A stretch of DNA of 64,000 bases from an uncultured Verrucomicrobiae bacterium (GTDB lineage: Bacteria > Chlamydiota > Chlamydiia > Chlamydiales > Rhabdochlamydiaceae), in assembly GCA_963718565.1 (NCBI GenBank), contig OY970364.1, forward strand, positions 1,613,802 to 1,677,801, written 5' to 3'. Shown piece by piece: positions 27,700-38,755 of the stretch; within the stretch, counting starts at the first letter, position 1, and each line of letters begins with the position of its first letter. Made by a program: the position numbers and the translations under genes. The notes under the pieces were generated by a model that saw nothing but the letters and a program-made list of their open reading frames with translations, did not search any database and was not told the DNA's origin.

Positions 27700-27740
27700 C
27701 AAAAGCGCGATTTTATGCGGCGAGGAGTTTTGCAGTTCCC
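27700..27740. repeat. Family E end fragment
   Basis: GCAAAAGCGCGATTTTATGCGGCGAGGAGTTTTGCAGTTCCCT. Confidence 0.75.
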
Positions 27741-27782
27741 TTGACATTCTAAAGTTTTTTCCGTCATTTTTGGAGCTAAATC

Positions 27783-28841
27783 ATGGAATACGCCAGAGAA
27801 TCGATTCTCATCTCAGCAATACGCATCTTGTGCAAAGCTTTTGCCGGAGTCATTGGTGTTTTGCTAGGCATACTATTAATTTTCCTTGCACTGATGATGT
27901 TTTCCTCGCCGGATATTTATCCTCCGAAAAGCTCTCTTGAAATTTCTCCTGATGCAAATGGCCAGCGCGAGCTTCTTCCTCATACCTCTCCAGTGCTTTT
28001 AAAAATGGATATCACAGGTGTGATTGGCCAAGGCGATTTGATAGCTAATAAATTTCAAAATTCTTTATTCGATTCCCACGAAGGCATGTTCTCGCCAGAT
28101 CGCGTTAAAGGCATTCTTCTGCATATCAATACACCTGGAGGAACCGTTGATGACGCGGACGGAATTTATCGCGCCCTTTTGAATTACAAGAAAAAATATC
28201 AAGTGCCGATTTACGCTTATGTTGATGGCATGTGCGCATCAGGCGGCATGTACATCGCTTCCTCTTGTGATAAAATTTTTGCTTCGCCCTCGAGCGTCAT
28301 CGGCTCTATCGGTGTGATTTTGGGCCCCGCGTTCAATTTCTCGGGGCTGATGGACAGGTATGGAGTCCAAGCCTTGACAATCACTCAAGGTAAGGACAAA
28401 GACATGCTTAACCCGTTTAGGCCATGGCAACCTGGGGAAGATGCTTCTTTACGCAATATCACCGCTGATCTCTATCAGCGCTTTGTTTCCATTGTGATAG
28501 CAGCACGGCCTAACTTAGATCAGGATAAACTGGTCAACGAATACGGCGCGCAAGTTTTTGTCGCAGGCGATGCGCAAAAGCTCGGCTATGTCGATGACGG
28601 CAATGCGGATTATACAGTTGCAGTTTCAGAGCTTGCAAAAGCGGCAAAAATCTCCGATAACCAAAGATATCAAGTGATGACCATTTCCCCCATGCGCCCA
28701 TTCCTTGCGGACATTACTCAGGGAAAACTTTCGCTGCTCTCTGGAAAAGTGACCCATCATTTTCAAATCAATGCATTTATGAACTCTGAATTAAGCGGAC
28801 GATTTCTCTATATGTATCAACCCGGCCTCGAATTTCAGTAA
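27783..28841 (+). CDS. sohB: S49-family peptidase (SppA/SohB-like)
   Basis: INTPGG, CASGGMYIA, GSIGV, GKDKD; position upstream of polA. Confidence 0.85.
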   Translation: MEYARESILISAIRILCKAFAGVIGVLLGILLIFLALMMFSSPDIYPPKSSLEISPDANGQRELLPHTSPVLLKMDITGVIGQGDLIANKFQNSLFDSHEGMFSPDRVKGILLHINTPGGTVDDADGIYRALLNYKKKYQVPIYAYVDGMCASGGMYIASSCDKIFASPSSVIGSIGVILGPAFNFSGLMDRYGVQALTITQGKDKDMLNPFRPWQPGEDASLRNITADLYQRFVSIVIAARPNLDQDKLVNEYGAQVFVAGDAQKLGYVDDGNADYTVAVSELAKAAKISDNQRYQVMTISPMRPFLADITQGKLSLLSGKVTHHFQINAFMNSELSGRFLYMYQPGLEFQ

Positions 28842-28899
28842 ACACCTTGTTTGTCCAAAAACATCCAGTTTGTCCAGAAATTTTTCAATTGAAAAAATT

Positions 28900-29007
28900 T
28901 AACCACCCGTTCGCTTCGCTCACTAGAGGGCACAGAGAGCACAGAGAAAAAAAATCCTCCCTCTGTGCTCTCTGTGCCCTCTAGTGAACGAAGCGAACGG
29001 GTGGTTA
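28900..29007. repeat. Family I palindrome (108 bp)
   Basis: About 46-bp arms AACCACCCGTTCGCTTCGCTCACTAGAGGGCACAGAGAGCACAGAG, one mismatch. Confidence 0.9.
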
Positions 29008-29037
29008 TAAAATTCAAAGAACGTCTCTTAACTTCTC

Positions 29038-31713
29038 ATGGAAAAAATTTACATCGTCGACGCTGTTAATTTCTTATTCCGATCCTACTATGCAATCGGG
29101 CCGATGACCAATGCAAAAGGGGAATCGACCAATGCCCTTTACGGATTCATCCGTTCCCTTTTCAAATTGATGAATGAATTCTCCCCGGATTATTTTGTGG
29201 CGGTCTTCGATGGTCCTGAAAACAAAAAGTCGCGGTCGGAGATTTATAGCGAATATAAGAGCCACCGCACAGGAATGCCCGAGGATCTTTTCCCCCAATT
29301 AAACCAGGCTCTGCATTTTTGCGAGATTGCGGGAATACCCTACCTTTCCGTGACTGGAGTCGAAGCAGATGATACCATGGGAAGCATTGCCCGATGGATG
29401 GAAAAAAAAGGCATTCAAGTTTTTCTCTGCACCAGCGATAAAGACCTTTGCCAACTCGTCTCGGATCATATTTTCATCATCAATCCTCATAAAGATAATC
29501 TCCTCATCGATCGGGAAAAAGTGAAAGAGCTATTCGGGGTGACTCCCGAACAGATTGTCGATCTTTTAGCAATGGTCGGTGATGCCTCTGACAACATTCC
29601 TGGACTTGAAGGATTTGGTCCAAAAACTGCTGCATCTCTTCTGAGCGAATTCGGTACACTAGAATACATTCTCGCACATCCCGAAAAATTGAGCGGTAAA
29701 AAGAAAGAGGTGATCATCAATGACAAAGAGATTGCCTTGATGAGTAAAAAATTGGCGATCATCCATACGGATATTCCTTTTCCTCACGAAGAAAGATTCT
29801 TTCACTTAAAGACTCCCGATTTGGAAAGAGTCAAAGAATTTTATCATGAAATGCGTTTCATGTCCCTTTTACGCGAACTGGGTATTGAAGAAGAAACCCC
29901 TTCAAAAGGGCGACCTATCAAAGAGCCTATTGCTTTCCATTATCATCTTATCGACGATGAAGAAACTCTTGAAGAATTAGTCCATCGCCTTGAAAAAGAA
30001 AAAGAGATTTGCCTCGATACCGAGACAACAGATATTCGTCCTATGCAGGCAAAACTTGTCGGAATCGGCCTCGGTATCCGTCCTGGTGAAGCTTGGTACA
30101 TCCCCCTTAATGGCAAACTCGGAAAAGAAAGGGGACTTAGCCTATTAAAGCCTTTACTGGAAAATGACCAGATTGGCTTTATCGGCCATAACATTAAGTA
30201 CGACCTTCATGTCCTGCGCAACGAAAACATCACCCTGCCGAACATTGCCTTCGACACCATCCTTGCTTCTTATTTAATCAGTCCACAAACTCAGCGGCAC
30301 AATCTCGATGGGCTTTCCTTGGAAAAATTTGGCGAGGTCAAAATTCCTATCGAAGATCTGATCGGCAAAGGGAAAAAACAGATCTCGATGAACGAGGTTC
30401 CCTTAGATAAAATCACCCATTATTGTTGCGAGGACGTCGATTTTACTCTAAGACTAAAGCAGCTCTTTGAAAAAGATTTAGAACTCATGGAATTGACCCC
30501 TCTTTTTGAGCAGATTGAGCTTCCTCTGATTCCCATCTTAGCACAAATGGAGAGAAATGGGATCTATGTCGATGTGAAAAAACTTGAGAAAATGTCCGAA
30601 GAACTCAAAAGAAAGATCAAAGAATTGGAGCATCAGATCTATGATCTTGCTGGAGAGCAATTCAATATCAATTCTCCAAGACAGCTAAGCGTGATTCTTT
30701 TTGAAAAAATGGGGATAAAAGCTCCAAAAAAAACAGCAACTGGCTATTCCACTGCGTTTGACGTCCTCGATTCTCTTAAAGAAGAGGCGCCGATCGTTAA
30801 AAAAATCATCGAATATAGAACTTTAGAGAAACTGCGCTCGACTTATGTCGATTCACTTCCTGAACAAATCAACCCTACTACTCATCGGATTCACTGCACA
30901 TTTAATCAATCCGTTGCCGCTACAGGACGGCTTTCCTGCCAAGATCCCAATCTGCAGAATATTCCCGTACGCACTGAAGAAGGAATGAAAATTCGCGAAG
31001 CCTTCAGACCTCAAAAGCCGCACTACAGTTTTGTCGCTGCCGATTATTCCCAGATTGAACTGCGCCTGCTTGCGCACCTTTCTGGAGATCCCTCCCTCCT
31101 CAAAGCTTTCCAGGAAGGAGAAGATGTCCATACTTATACGGCTGCGCTCGTCTTTGGCATTCCCCTGCAAGAAGTGACTCCCCAGATGCGCTATCGAGCC
31201 AAAGCCGTCAACTTTGGCATTATCTACGGTCAGCAAGCTTTCGGGCTCTCGCAGCAATTGGGGATCAGTTACAACGAAGCAGAAGAGTTTATTCATACTT
31301 ATTTTGAAAGATACGCAAAAGTAAAAGAATTTCTTAACTTCTGTAAAGAAAGCGTTCGCAAAACAGGACGAGCTGTCACTTTGACGGGCAGACAACGGCC
31401 GATTCCTGAGATCCATAGCAAAAACCCCACAATTCGCGCCGCTGCTGAAAGGCTGGCTATCAATACGCCATTACAAGGAACAGCTGCCGATTTGATTAAA
31501 ATGGCTATGGTCCAAGTGGATGCACATCTTAAAAAACATCCCGATGAAGGTAACATGATCCTGCAAATCCATGATGAGCTTTTGTTTGAAACAGCCGATG
31601 AACAAGCAAAAAAGCTCTCTAGTCAAGTAAAAAACATAATGGAAGGGATATTTGCCTTGAATATCCCCCTCATTGTTAATATTTCTATTGGAAAAAACTG
31701 GAGAGAATGTTAA
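29038..31713 (+). CDS. polA: DNA polymerase I
   Basis: 5'-3' exo (EADD, SDKD, GDASDNIPG), LDTETT, TGRLSCQDPNLQN, ADYSQIELR, KAVNFGIIYG, QIHDEL. Confidence 0.98.
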   Translation: MEKIYIVDAVNFLFRSYYAIGPMTNAKGESTNALYGFIRSLFKLMNEFSPDYFVAVFDGPENKKSRSEIYSEYKSHRTGMPEDLFPQLNQALHFCEIAGIPYLSVTGVEADDTMGSIARWMEKKGIQVFLCTSDKDLCQLVSDHIFIINPHKDNLLIDREKVKELFGVTPEQIVDLLAMVGDASDNIPGLEGFGPKTAASLLSEFGTLEYILAHPEKLSGKKKEVIINDKEIALMSKKLAIIHTDIPFPHEERFFHLKTPDLERVKEFYHEMRFMSLLRELGIEEETPSKGRPIKEPIAFHYHLIDDEETLEELVHRLEKEKEICLDTETTDIRPMQAKLVGIGLGIRPGEAWYIPLNGKLGKERGLSLLKPLLENDQIGFIGHNIKYDLHVLRNENITLPNIAFDTILASYLISPQTQRHNLDGLSLEKFGEVKIPIEDLIGKGKKQISMNEVPLDKITHYCCEDVDFTLRLKQLFEKDLELMELTPLFEQIELPLIPILAQMERNGIYVDVKKLEKMSEELKRKIKELEHQIYDLAGEQFNINSPRQLSVILFEKMGIKAPKKTATGYSTAFDVLDSLKEEAPIVKKIIEYRTLEKLRSTYVDSLPEQINPTTHRIHCTFNQSVAATGRLSCQDPNLQNIPVRTEEGMKIREAFRPQKPHYSFVAADYSQIELRLLAHLSGDPSLLKAFQEGEDVHTYTAALVFGIPLQEVTPQMRYRAKAVNFGIIYGQQAFGLSQQLGISYNEAEEFIHTYFERYAKVKEFLNFCKESVRKTGRAVTLTGRQRPIPEIHSKNPTIRAAAERLAINTPLQGTAADLIKMAMVQVDAHLKKHPDEGNMILQIHDELLFETADEQAKKLSSQVKNIMEGIFALNIPLIVNISIGKNWREC

Positions 31714-32312
31714 AACTAAGGAAAGTTGCTGTAACAGGTGGGTTAGCAGCCGGGAAAACTACCGTCTGCCAAATCTTTGAAGAACTCGGCGCCTATGTCG
31801 TAAGTGCCGATGAGATAGTCCACCAGTTGTTATCTCCAGGAACTACCGTTGGCCAGCAGGTCGTAAGATTACTAGGTTCAGATATTATCAGCGGTCAAGC
31901 GTTCGATCGAAAGAAGATCGGTGCTAAAGTGTTTTCTCAACCAGACCTCCTTCGTGCCCTGGAAGAAATTATTCATCCGGCTGTATTCGATGAAATTGAG
32001 CGAAAATATCAGCAGATCAATCGTGAAAAGAAATACTCTTTATTTGTTGCGGAAATTCCCCTTCTTTATGAGTCAGAAGGAGAAGGACGCTTTGATGCTG
32101 TCATCAGTATCTTTGCTGATCCCGAACTTTGCCGAAAAAGATTCGCGCAGCAAACCCATCAACCCGTTCAAGAATTCGACAAGCGAATGACACGACAGAT
32201 AGAACCGAAAGTAAAAGCCAATAAAGCGCATTATTCGATTGAAAACAATGGCGATGTTAAGCAGCTCAAACTCAAAGTCAAACCACTCTATTTCCAATTA
32301 ACAGAAAAGTAA
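31707..32312 (+). CDS. coaE: Dephospho-CoA kinase
   Basis: VTGGLAAGKT, SADEIVH, EIPLLYE. Confidence 0.93.
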   Translation: MLKLRKVAVTGGLAAGKTTVCQIFEELGAYVVSADEIVHQLLSPGTTVGQQVVRLLGSDIISGQAFDRKKIGAKVFSQPDLLRALEEIIHPAVFDEIERKYQQINREKKYSLFVAEIPLLYESEGEGRFDAVISIFADPELCRKRFAQQTHQPVQEFDKRMTRQIEPKVKANKAHYSIENNGDVKQLKLKVKPLYFQLTEK

Positions 32313-32347
32313 AAAATATCCTCGTTAACTAAGGAGTCTGATTTTCA

Positions 32348-33694
32348 ATGAATCAAGAAGACACCATTCAAGATGTCCAAGAACCTGGCAATGATAGAAC
32401 ACCTAAAGGGCCGACCGACAGGCCCCCACCCCAGGAAAATGTCACAAAAATTGCTGATCTCCAACGCATGAACGTCGATCAGCTCAATCACTTTGCGCGC
32501 AACCTCGGCTTGAAAAATCTCGGTGCTTTGGCCAAATCGCAAATTGTCTTCGAAATTGTCAAATACCTTTCTGAAAGGCCTGACGAGGTTCTCGTAGGTG
32601 AAGGGGTGCTCGAAGTTCTTCCTGACGGTTTCGGGTTTTTACGCTCCCCTAACTACAATTATCTCCCATCCGCAGAAGACATTTATGTTTCTCCGGCTCA
32701 AATCCGACGTTTCGATCTGAAAAAAGGCGATACCGTATACGGAACCATCCGCTCGCCTAAAGAAAAAGAAAAATACTTTGCTCTTTTAAAAGTCGAAAAA
32801 ATCAATAACAAACATCCTGATAAAGCACGAGACCGCGTCCTTTTCGAAAACCTTACCCCGCTTTATCCCAGCTCACGTCTTGTCATGGAAACGACGAAAG
32901 ACCGGATGACCACCCGTGTGCTGGATTTGACAGCACCTATCGGCAAAGGTCAACGATCGCTCATCGTAGCCCCTCCCCGCTCAGGAAAAACAATTATTTT
33001 GCAAAACATCGCCAATGCGATCTCGACCAACCATCCTGAGGTTGTGTTGATTGTCCTGCTGATCGATGAGAGGCCCGAAGAAGTGACGGACATGATCCGC
33101 AGCGTCAAAGGGGAAGTCGTGTCATCGACATTCGACGAACCCCCAGAAAGACACTGTCAAGTGGCCGAGATGGCCATCGAAAAAGCGCGCCGTCTCGTCG
33201 AATACGGTCACGATGTCGTTATCCTCCTTGACAATTTAACGCGACTCGCACGTGCCTACAATACAGTTCAGCCGCACTCAGGCAAGATCTTGTCTGGAGG
33301 TGTCGATGCTGGCGCACTTCACAAACCCAAACGCTTCTTTGGCGCAGCCCGTAATGTTGAAGAAGGCGGTTCGCTCACGATTATCGCTACAGCCTTAATT
33401 GACACAGGGTCGCGCATGGACGAGGTCATCTTCGAAGAGTTCAAGGGAACAGGAAATATGGAACTTGTTCTTGATCGACGTCTTGCTGATCGTAGAATCT
33501 TCCCAGCCATCGACATTATCAAGAGCGGTACGCGCAAAGAAGAGCTTCTTTATCATCCCGATGAACTTGAGAAAATCTATCTGATGCGGCAAGCTCTGGC
33601 CGATCTTTCTCCATTGGATGCGATGAATCTTTTGATCGGACGCCTTAAAAAGACAAATAGCAACGTCGAATTCCTTCTCACGATGAAAGAATAA
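32348..33694 (+). CDS. rho: Transcription termination factor Rho
   Basis: [40 protein letters not shown]. Confidence 0.98.
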   Translation: MNQEDTIQDVQEPGNDRTPKGPTDRPPPQENVTKIADLQRMNVDQLNHFARNLGLKNLGALAKSQIVFEIVKYLSERPDEVLVGEGVLEVLPDGFGFLRSPNYNYLPSAEDIYVSPAQIRRFDLKKGDTVYGTIRSPKEKEKYFALLKVEKINNKHPDKARDRVLFENLTPLYPSSRLVMETTKDRMTTRVLDLTAPIGKGQRSLIVAPPRSGKTIILQNIANAISTNHPEVVLIVLLIDERPEEVTDMIRSVKGEVVSSTFDEPPERHCQVAEMAIEKARRLVEYGHDVVILLDNLTRLARAYNTVQPHSGKILSGGVDAGALHKPKRFFGAARNVEEGGSLTIIATALIDTGSRMDEVIFEEFKGTGNMELVLDRRLADRRIFPAIDIIKSGTRKEELLYHPDELEKIYLMRQALADLSPLDAMNLLIGRLKKTNSNVEFLLTMKE

Positions 33695-33714
33695 GCGAGA
33701 AGAAAAACAAAGAC

Positions 33715-33789
33715 CGGACAGCAGAGTAGCGGAGGAATCCCTCCGCTCTCATAACCCGCTGGTCCTTGGTTCAAGTCCAAGTTGCCCCA
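33715..33789 (+). tRNA. Degenerate tRNA-Met(CAT), initiator-like; probably a pseudogene
   Basis: CTCATAA loop + CCCG, variable loop TGGTC, perfect T arm CTTGG-TTCAAGT-CCAAG; anticodon stem unpaired and acceptor stem 5/7. Confidence 0.5.
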
Positions 33790-33985
33790 CATTCTCAACC
33801 AGCGCATTCCATAGCACTTACGACACAACAAACTTGATCAAATATCAACTTCAAGTTTAAAAAGACACCCTTCTCAAGGTTTTTTAGACGGGCTCTGTGA
33901 GTCGACGCGAAAAGGAACCCGCCAATCGAGACGAAGTCCGGGCGGGAGTGAGCGCACGAACAGCCATACTAATTCAGTCTAACTA

Positions 33986-34492
33986 CTACCCGAGATGGTC
34001 GACGATAGCCTTGGCAAACACTGACAAATCTTCAGGATGGCGCGAGCTGATTAAATTTCCATCGATAACAACGTCCTTATCCTGCCAAATCGCCCCCGCA
34101 TTTTCTAAATCATCTTTGATCGCAATAAAGCTTGTGACTTTCTTTCCCTTGAGAATCTTTGCTGAAATCGGAACCCATCCTCCATGGCAAATAAAGGCAA
34201 TGACTTTTCCCTCATCGAACGACTTCTTCACGATCTGGAGAGCCTCTGGAGACCTGCGGATCCGATCCGGAGCATAACCACCGGGGATGACAACAGCAGC
34301 ACTCGAAACTGCAAGAGCTTCTTTAAAACTCATTTCGGCTTTGCAGGGGTAGCCATGTTTGCCATTGTACGTATGGCCTGCAAGGGGACCTGCAACGATC
34401 ACTTGACCACCGGCTTCTTCTAATCGAATTTTTGGATACCATAGCTCTAAATCTTCATAGAGCTCTTCTACAAGAATGATTACTTTTTTCAT
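33986..34492 (-). CDS. PfpI/DJ-1 family protein
   Basis: YEDLELWYP, IPGGYAPD, FICHG, ISSRHP. Confidence 0.9.
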   Translation of the reverse strand: MKKVIILVEELYEDLELWYPKIRLEEAGGQVIVAGPLAGHTYNGKHGYPCKAEMSFKEALAVSSAAVVIPGGYAPDRIRRSPEALQIVKKSFDEGKVIAFICHGGWVPISAKILKGKKVTSFIAIKDDLENAGAIWQDKDVVIDGNLISSRHPEDLSVFAKAIVDHLG

Positions 34493-34631
34493 TGCCTTTC
34501 TCTCCATGACAAACAACTGTGCAGTTTATACCAGAGATTTTGATTAAACCTAAATTCGATCTTTATGATTTACAAATATTCTCACCTTTGCCTATGTTGG
34601 CAAGCTAGCTTAATCATTTCGGAGGTGCATA

Positions 34632-36254
34632 ATGAGGTTCTGTTCTAGATTTGTCTTAGCGACCATGCTACTTTATTGTGCCTTCGGCCTTTTTGGAGCT
34701 TCCTGTCAAAAAAAAGAAGAAGCGATTCGAAAACAGATTCAATCTGTCCATCTCAATTTAAGAAACGAACCGCCCAGTCTCGATCCTCGCAAGGGCGGCG
34801 ATGTAATCTCTTCTCATTTGCATTTTCTTTTGTTCGAAGGACTGGTCAAATTGAACAAAGATGATTCGATTACCCCGGCTTTGGCAAAATCTTTCGAAAT
34901 ATCCCCGGACGGCACCGTTTACACCTTTTTTTTAAGAGATGCGGTCTGGTCTAATGGAACTCCGGTCACAGCTTTTGATTTCGAAAAATCCTGGAAAGAT
35001 ATTCTCGATCCTTCCTTTCCCAGCGTTAATGCCCACCTGCTTTATCCCATTAAAAATGCGGAGGCGGCTAAACAGGGGAAAGTCCCTTTGTGCGAGGTTG
35101 GCATCGCCGCTAAAGACGCCAACACCTTCGTCATCACACTGGGAACACCCACTCCGTATTTTCTCGATTTGGTCTCCTTTTGCGTCTTTTTCCCTGTCAA
35201 TCAGCGCATCGACGAGGAATATCCCGACTGGGCCCTTAACGCCGGAAAATTTTTTATTTCCAATGGCCCTTTTATATTGAAAGAATGGAAACACAACAAT
35301 GAAATTGTCGTCGTGAAAAATCCGCTGTATTGGGATCAAAACCGCGTCCGGCCCAACATCATTCACTTCAGTATGGTCGATAACGAGATGACCACATTAC
35401 AGATGTTTGAAAATGGCGAGTTGGATATGTTAGGCGACCCGCTTTCTCCTCTGCCGATCGATGCTCTGGCTTCGCTAAAGAAAAAAACTAAGGTGCACAC
35501 AAATCCTGTCGGAGGAACGACGATGATCACATTCAATGTCGATGCACCTCCCTTTAACAATGTCAACATTCGCAAAGCTTTTGCCTATGCTATCAATCGA
35601 GAATTGATTGTGAAGAATATCACCCAGATGGATGAGATTGTTGCGACTGGTGCTATTCCTCCTGTACTGAAAAACAATCGCAATCGAGCCTTTTTCAAAG
35701 ATGGGGATATTGCCCAAGCTAAGATCCTTTTAGAAGAAGGCATGAAAGAACTGGGAATCACAAGGGAAGCTTTCACTGATATCACCTACTATTATGCGAC
35801 ATCCGAACTCAACTATAAAATTGCCCAGGCGATTCAACAGCAGTGGCGAAACGCCTTAGGAGTGCACATCAACATCGAGAATCTGGAACAGAAGATTCTG
35901 ATGGACAAACTGATCAAGCGCAACTATCACTTCGCGCAGAGCCTTTGGCTAGCACAATACAACGATCAAATGAATATCCTCGAACGCTTTAAATCTAAAC
36001 GGAATGTTAAGAACTATCCTAACTGGGAGAACGCTGAATTCGCTTGCCTTCTGGAAGAATCTTTTCACGAAAATGGTTTTAAGCGTGCCGAGATTTTAGA
36101 AAAAGCAGAAGAAATCTTCCTCAGGGAGATGCCAATCTGCCCTATCTATCATTGGAACATGAAATACATTGTACAGCCCTATTTAAACAATGTGGGACTC
36201 ACCTCAATCGGAGATATTGTTTTTGAAAATCTCACCCTTGAGAGGGTGTTGTAA
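34632..36254 (+). CDS. oppA: Oligopeptide ABC transporter substrate-binding lipoprotein
   Basis: Lipobox GASC; EPPSLDP, LFEGL, YTFFLRDAVWSNG, ISNGPF. Confidence 0.92.
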   Translation: MRFCSRFVLATMLLYCAFGLFGASCQKKEEAIRKQIQSVHLNLRNEPPSLDPRKGGDVISSHLHFLLFEGLVKLNKDDSITPALAKSFEISPDGTVYTFFLRDAVWSNGTPVTAFDFEKSWKDILDPSFPSVNAHLLYPIKNAEAAKQGKVPLCEVGIAAKDANTFVITLGTPTPYFLDLVSFCVFFPVNQRIDEEYPDWALNAGKFFISNGPFILKEWKHNNEIVVVKNPLYWDQNRVRPNIIHFSMVDNEMTTLQMFENGELDMLGDPLSPLPIDALASLKKKTKVHTNPVGGTTMITFNVDAPPFNNVNIRKAFAYAINRELIVKNITQMDEIVATGAIPPVLKNNRNRAFFKDGDIAQAKILLEEGMKELGITREAFTDITYYYATSELNYKIAQAIQQQWRNALGVHINIENLEQKILMDKLIKRNYHFAQSLWLAQYNDQMNILERFKSKRNVKNYPNWENAEFACLLEESFHENGFKRAEILEKAEEIFLREMPICPIYHWNMKYIVQPYLNNVGLTSIGDIVFENLTLERVL

Positions 36255-36316
36255 AATTGGGTTTTAGGGATTTTTGATGCATTTTTTTGTAGGTTTAAAA
36301 GTAAATCCGAGTGACA

Positions 36317-36490
36317 TATACCGAAATGAATTCAAGATTTGGGAATTTGGCAAGGAGGCGCCCTGAATTTGAGCCAGTGTATGCGGCGCCGAAGCAGCAC
36401 AACTTGAATAAGTTGTGCGATGCAGGCGGGCTCAAATACAGCGGCTGCCCGACGTAGCCAAAAACCAAATCTTGAGTTCATTTCGGTATA
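36317..36490. mobile_element. Family D MITE (174 bp)
   Basis: Same ends as 24607-24897, lacks the two internal modules. Confidence 0.9.
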
Positions 36491-36595
36491 CTTGAATAAA
36501 GTAGGCCGAGGATTTACTTTTAAACATACGAAAAAAGGCGCAAAAAGCCCAAAACGGAATTTTATAACACCCTCTGAAAACAGGAAAACATCGCG

Positions 36596-38752
36596 ATGAA
36601 TACCGCGCTTCGCAAAGACAGTTTTACGAGCAATATCATTTTTCCACGACATTCCTTGGAGATGGAAAAGACGACCCATTTGATTAAGCCCGTCTATTCT
36701 TCCCGCGGGATCAGTCATCTCGAATTCGAGTCCTATATTACTTTCATCGAGCAAATTCTACGCACTGTACTTCCACAAGATCTGGTGATCACGCTATCGA
36801 CTTGCAAAGATCCTGTGCTCATTGAAAAAAGAGTTCTTGCTTTATGCGAAAGCTTGCCCCTTCTCGCTTGGAATAATCCGGATAGAGCACCTTGCACACT
36901 TTGTGTCAGTCTGCTTTGCCATTCCGAATTCACTCACGGCGTTGGGCGATACTTTTGCGACATTTTATCACGATGGCTTGTCCCGGGGAAATTTCTCAAC
37001 ATTAGCTCTGTCCGTTCTCTGAAATTTAATTTCATTTCCTGCCCAGGGCAGAATCTCTTTTTTAATCAAGTGCTTGTGGACATTGATAATGACCAACAAC
37101 TTGACTTGGTAAAAAATAATCAAGAAAACATTGAAAAAGAAATGCGATTAAGTATTCTCGCCATTCGCCATGCACGTCATGTCGTTTCTCTCAAACAATT
37201 ATCTCCAGAACAAAAAAAGGCGCTGATCGAAGAAAATATTGCTTCCGTACTTTCTCGTCCAGCCAGAACTCTCGAAAATAATGTCTTTGATCATATCCAA
37301 AATTTTTGGTTGCATATTAGCGCTGAAGATAAAATCAAGCAGCTTCAAGAACAATTTTCACCCTATGTCGAACAACGTCCAAAAATTTTTGACCGCGATA
37401 TTTTCCAAGAAATTAAACATTCCCTACTTCTTTTTAGCGACAGATTTACAGGGATGCGCGATTTACGCCACGTTAGTCGTCTCATTTCTTACCAATATCT
37501 CTTTCGCAAAACACTGATGCGTGTGTGCATGGAATCCCCGGAAGAGCGCCACCTCAGCCTTAAGTTTATCAAGCTGACGCTTCCCTCTCAGACAAGCCAA
37601 AAAAACAATGTCCTTGGGATTGTGGGAGCGATGAATGTTTTGAGAGAAAATGAACTGTTTGAAGAGCGTCATATCCTGGAAGCCATCTCCTGCTGTCTTC
37701 CCCATATTCGCAAGATCGAGAACTCTGTTGTCCTTGACCGCCGCAACCTTGACCCCATTCGCGTTTTTTACTTAGAAATTGAGAAAAAAGATGGGACAGG
37801 ATTCAGCTTAGATGAAATGAGAGAACTGAGGAAAAACCTTCCCCGCGAGCTTAAAGAAAGTGTTGAAAATATCTTGCACCCTGTTTTAATGCCTCGAAAT
37901 GAAGAAGAGATCATGCGCAACATCTTCTTGCTCAGCCAACAGTTAAAATATTTGAACGATCTTCCTCAAGTCATTATCTCATTCAATGCGCAAACAGAAC
38001 AGCAATTACAGTTTACCATCATCTTATTGCGGATTTTGCGTGATGATGATCCATCTTTAATAGACATTTTTTCCAAAACATCTACAGATTTGAAAATCGA
38101 AGATCTAGAAGTCAAAAAGGTCGGCCTTTTGCGAAAACGCTATCCCAAGGAGGCTAACGTCTTCAAAGTCTCCTTAGACAAAAAGCAATTCTTGCGCAAA
38201 GATTACACCATCGATTTATTTAAGGCGCGGCATTCTGTCTCTTTGGAGTTGAATAACATTTTTAAGGGAATCCGCGATTTCAATGGGGGCATTTTGTCTA
38301 AACAGCAAGAAGTTTTCCAGGAACTGCGCAGCCTGGTTAAGGAAACATCTTCTGATAACGATTTTCTACTCGAAAACTTTTTTTACTCCATCACTCCGCC
38401 ACTCAGGCAAACATTGATCATCCCCAGCTCTTTAAAAACCTTATTTTCGCTGATGCAAGAAGCCTTGGAAGCAGATTATAAAAAGGAATCCTTCTTCTTG
38501 AAGGCACAATTTGAGCCTGAACAATTATTTGTGATGGTCGCTTCGCCTCTCCACTCAATAAAAGATGAGCTTTTTTCTCTGATGATCAAGCTCAAAATTC
38601 CTACTCAGGACCTCTCTTACACCCACACCAATGCCTATGGAATCACATGCATTGGTTACATTTACCAAAACCGCGACTCCAATATTCGCAATTTGTTCCA
38701 TTTTACTCTTTTAAGTTATCTTCAGGAATGGCAAGTAAGATGTGATACATAA
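36596..38752 (+). CDS. Large hypothetical protein (start may be 36661)
   Basis: 718-codon ORF; no motif recognised with confidence. Confidence 0.75.
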   Translation: MNTALRKDSFTSNIIFPRHSLEMEKTTHLIKPVYSSRGISHLEFESYITFIEQILRTVLPQDLVITLSTCKDPVLIEKRVLALCESLPLLAWNNPDRAPCTLCVSLLCHSEFTHGVGRYFCDILSRWLVPGKFLNISSVRSLKFNFISCPGQNLFFNQVLVDIDNDQQLDLVKNNQENIEKEMRLSILAIRHARHVVSLKQLSPEQKKALIEENIASVLSRPARTLENNVFDHIQNFWLHISAEDKIKQLQEQFSPYVEQRPKIFDRDIFQEIKHSLLLFSDRFTGMRDLRHVSRLISYQYLFRKTLMRVCMESPEERHLSLKFIKLTLPSQTSQKNNVLGIVGAMNVLRENELFEERHILEAISCCLPHIRKIENSVVLDRRNLDPIRVFYLEIEKKDGTGFSLDEMRELRKNLPRELKESVENILHPVLMPRNEEEIMRNIFLLSQQLKYLNDLPQVIISFNAQTEQQLQFTIILLRILRDDDPSLIDIFSKTSTDLKIEDLEVKKVGLLRKRYPKEANVFKVSLDKKQFLRKDYTIDLFKARHSVSLELNNIFKGIRDFNGGILSKQQEVFQELRSLVKETSSDNDFLLENFFYSITPPLRQTLIIPSSLKTLFSLMQEALEADYKKESFFLKAQFEPEQLFVMVASPLHSIKDELFSLMIKLKIPTQDLSYTHTNAYGITCIGYIYQNRDSNIRNLFHFTLLSYLQEWQVRCDT

Positions 38753-38755
38753 TGT

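Noticed and set aside
27423-27767. 114-aa ORF as a real gene
   Set aside because: Chimera of a family E end, an IS630 fragment and a GxxExxY tail
33885-33981. Possible TAGAC..GTCTA-ended MITE between the pseudo-tRNA and pfpI
   Set aside because: Only about 5-7 bp of inverted match and no second copy in the window
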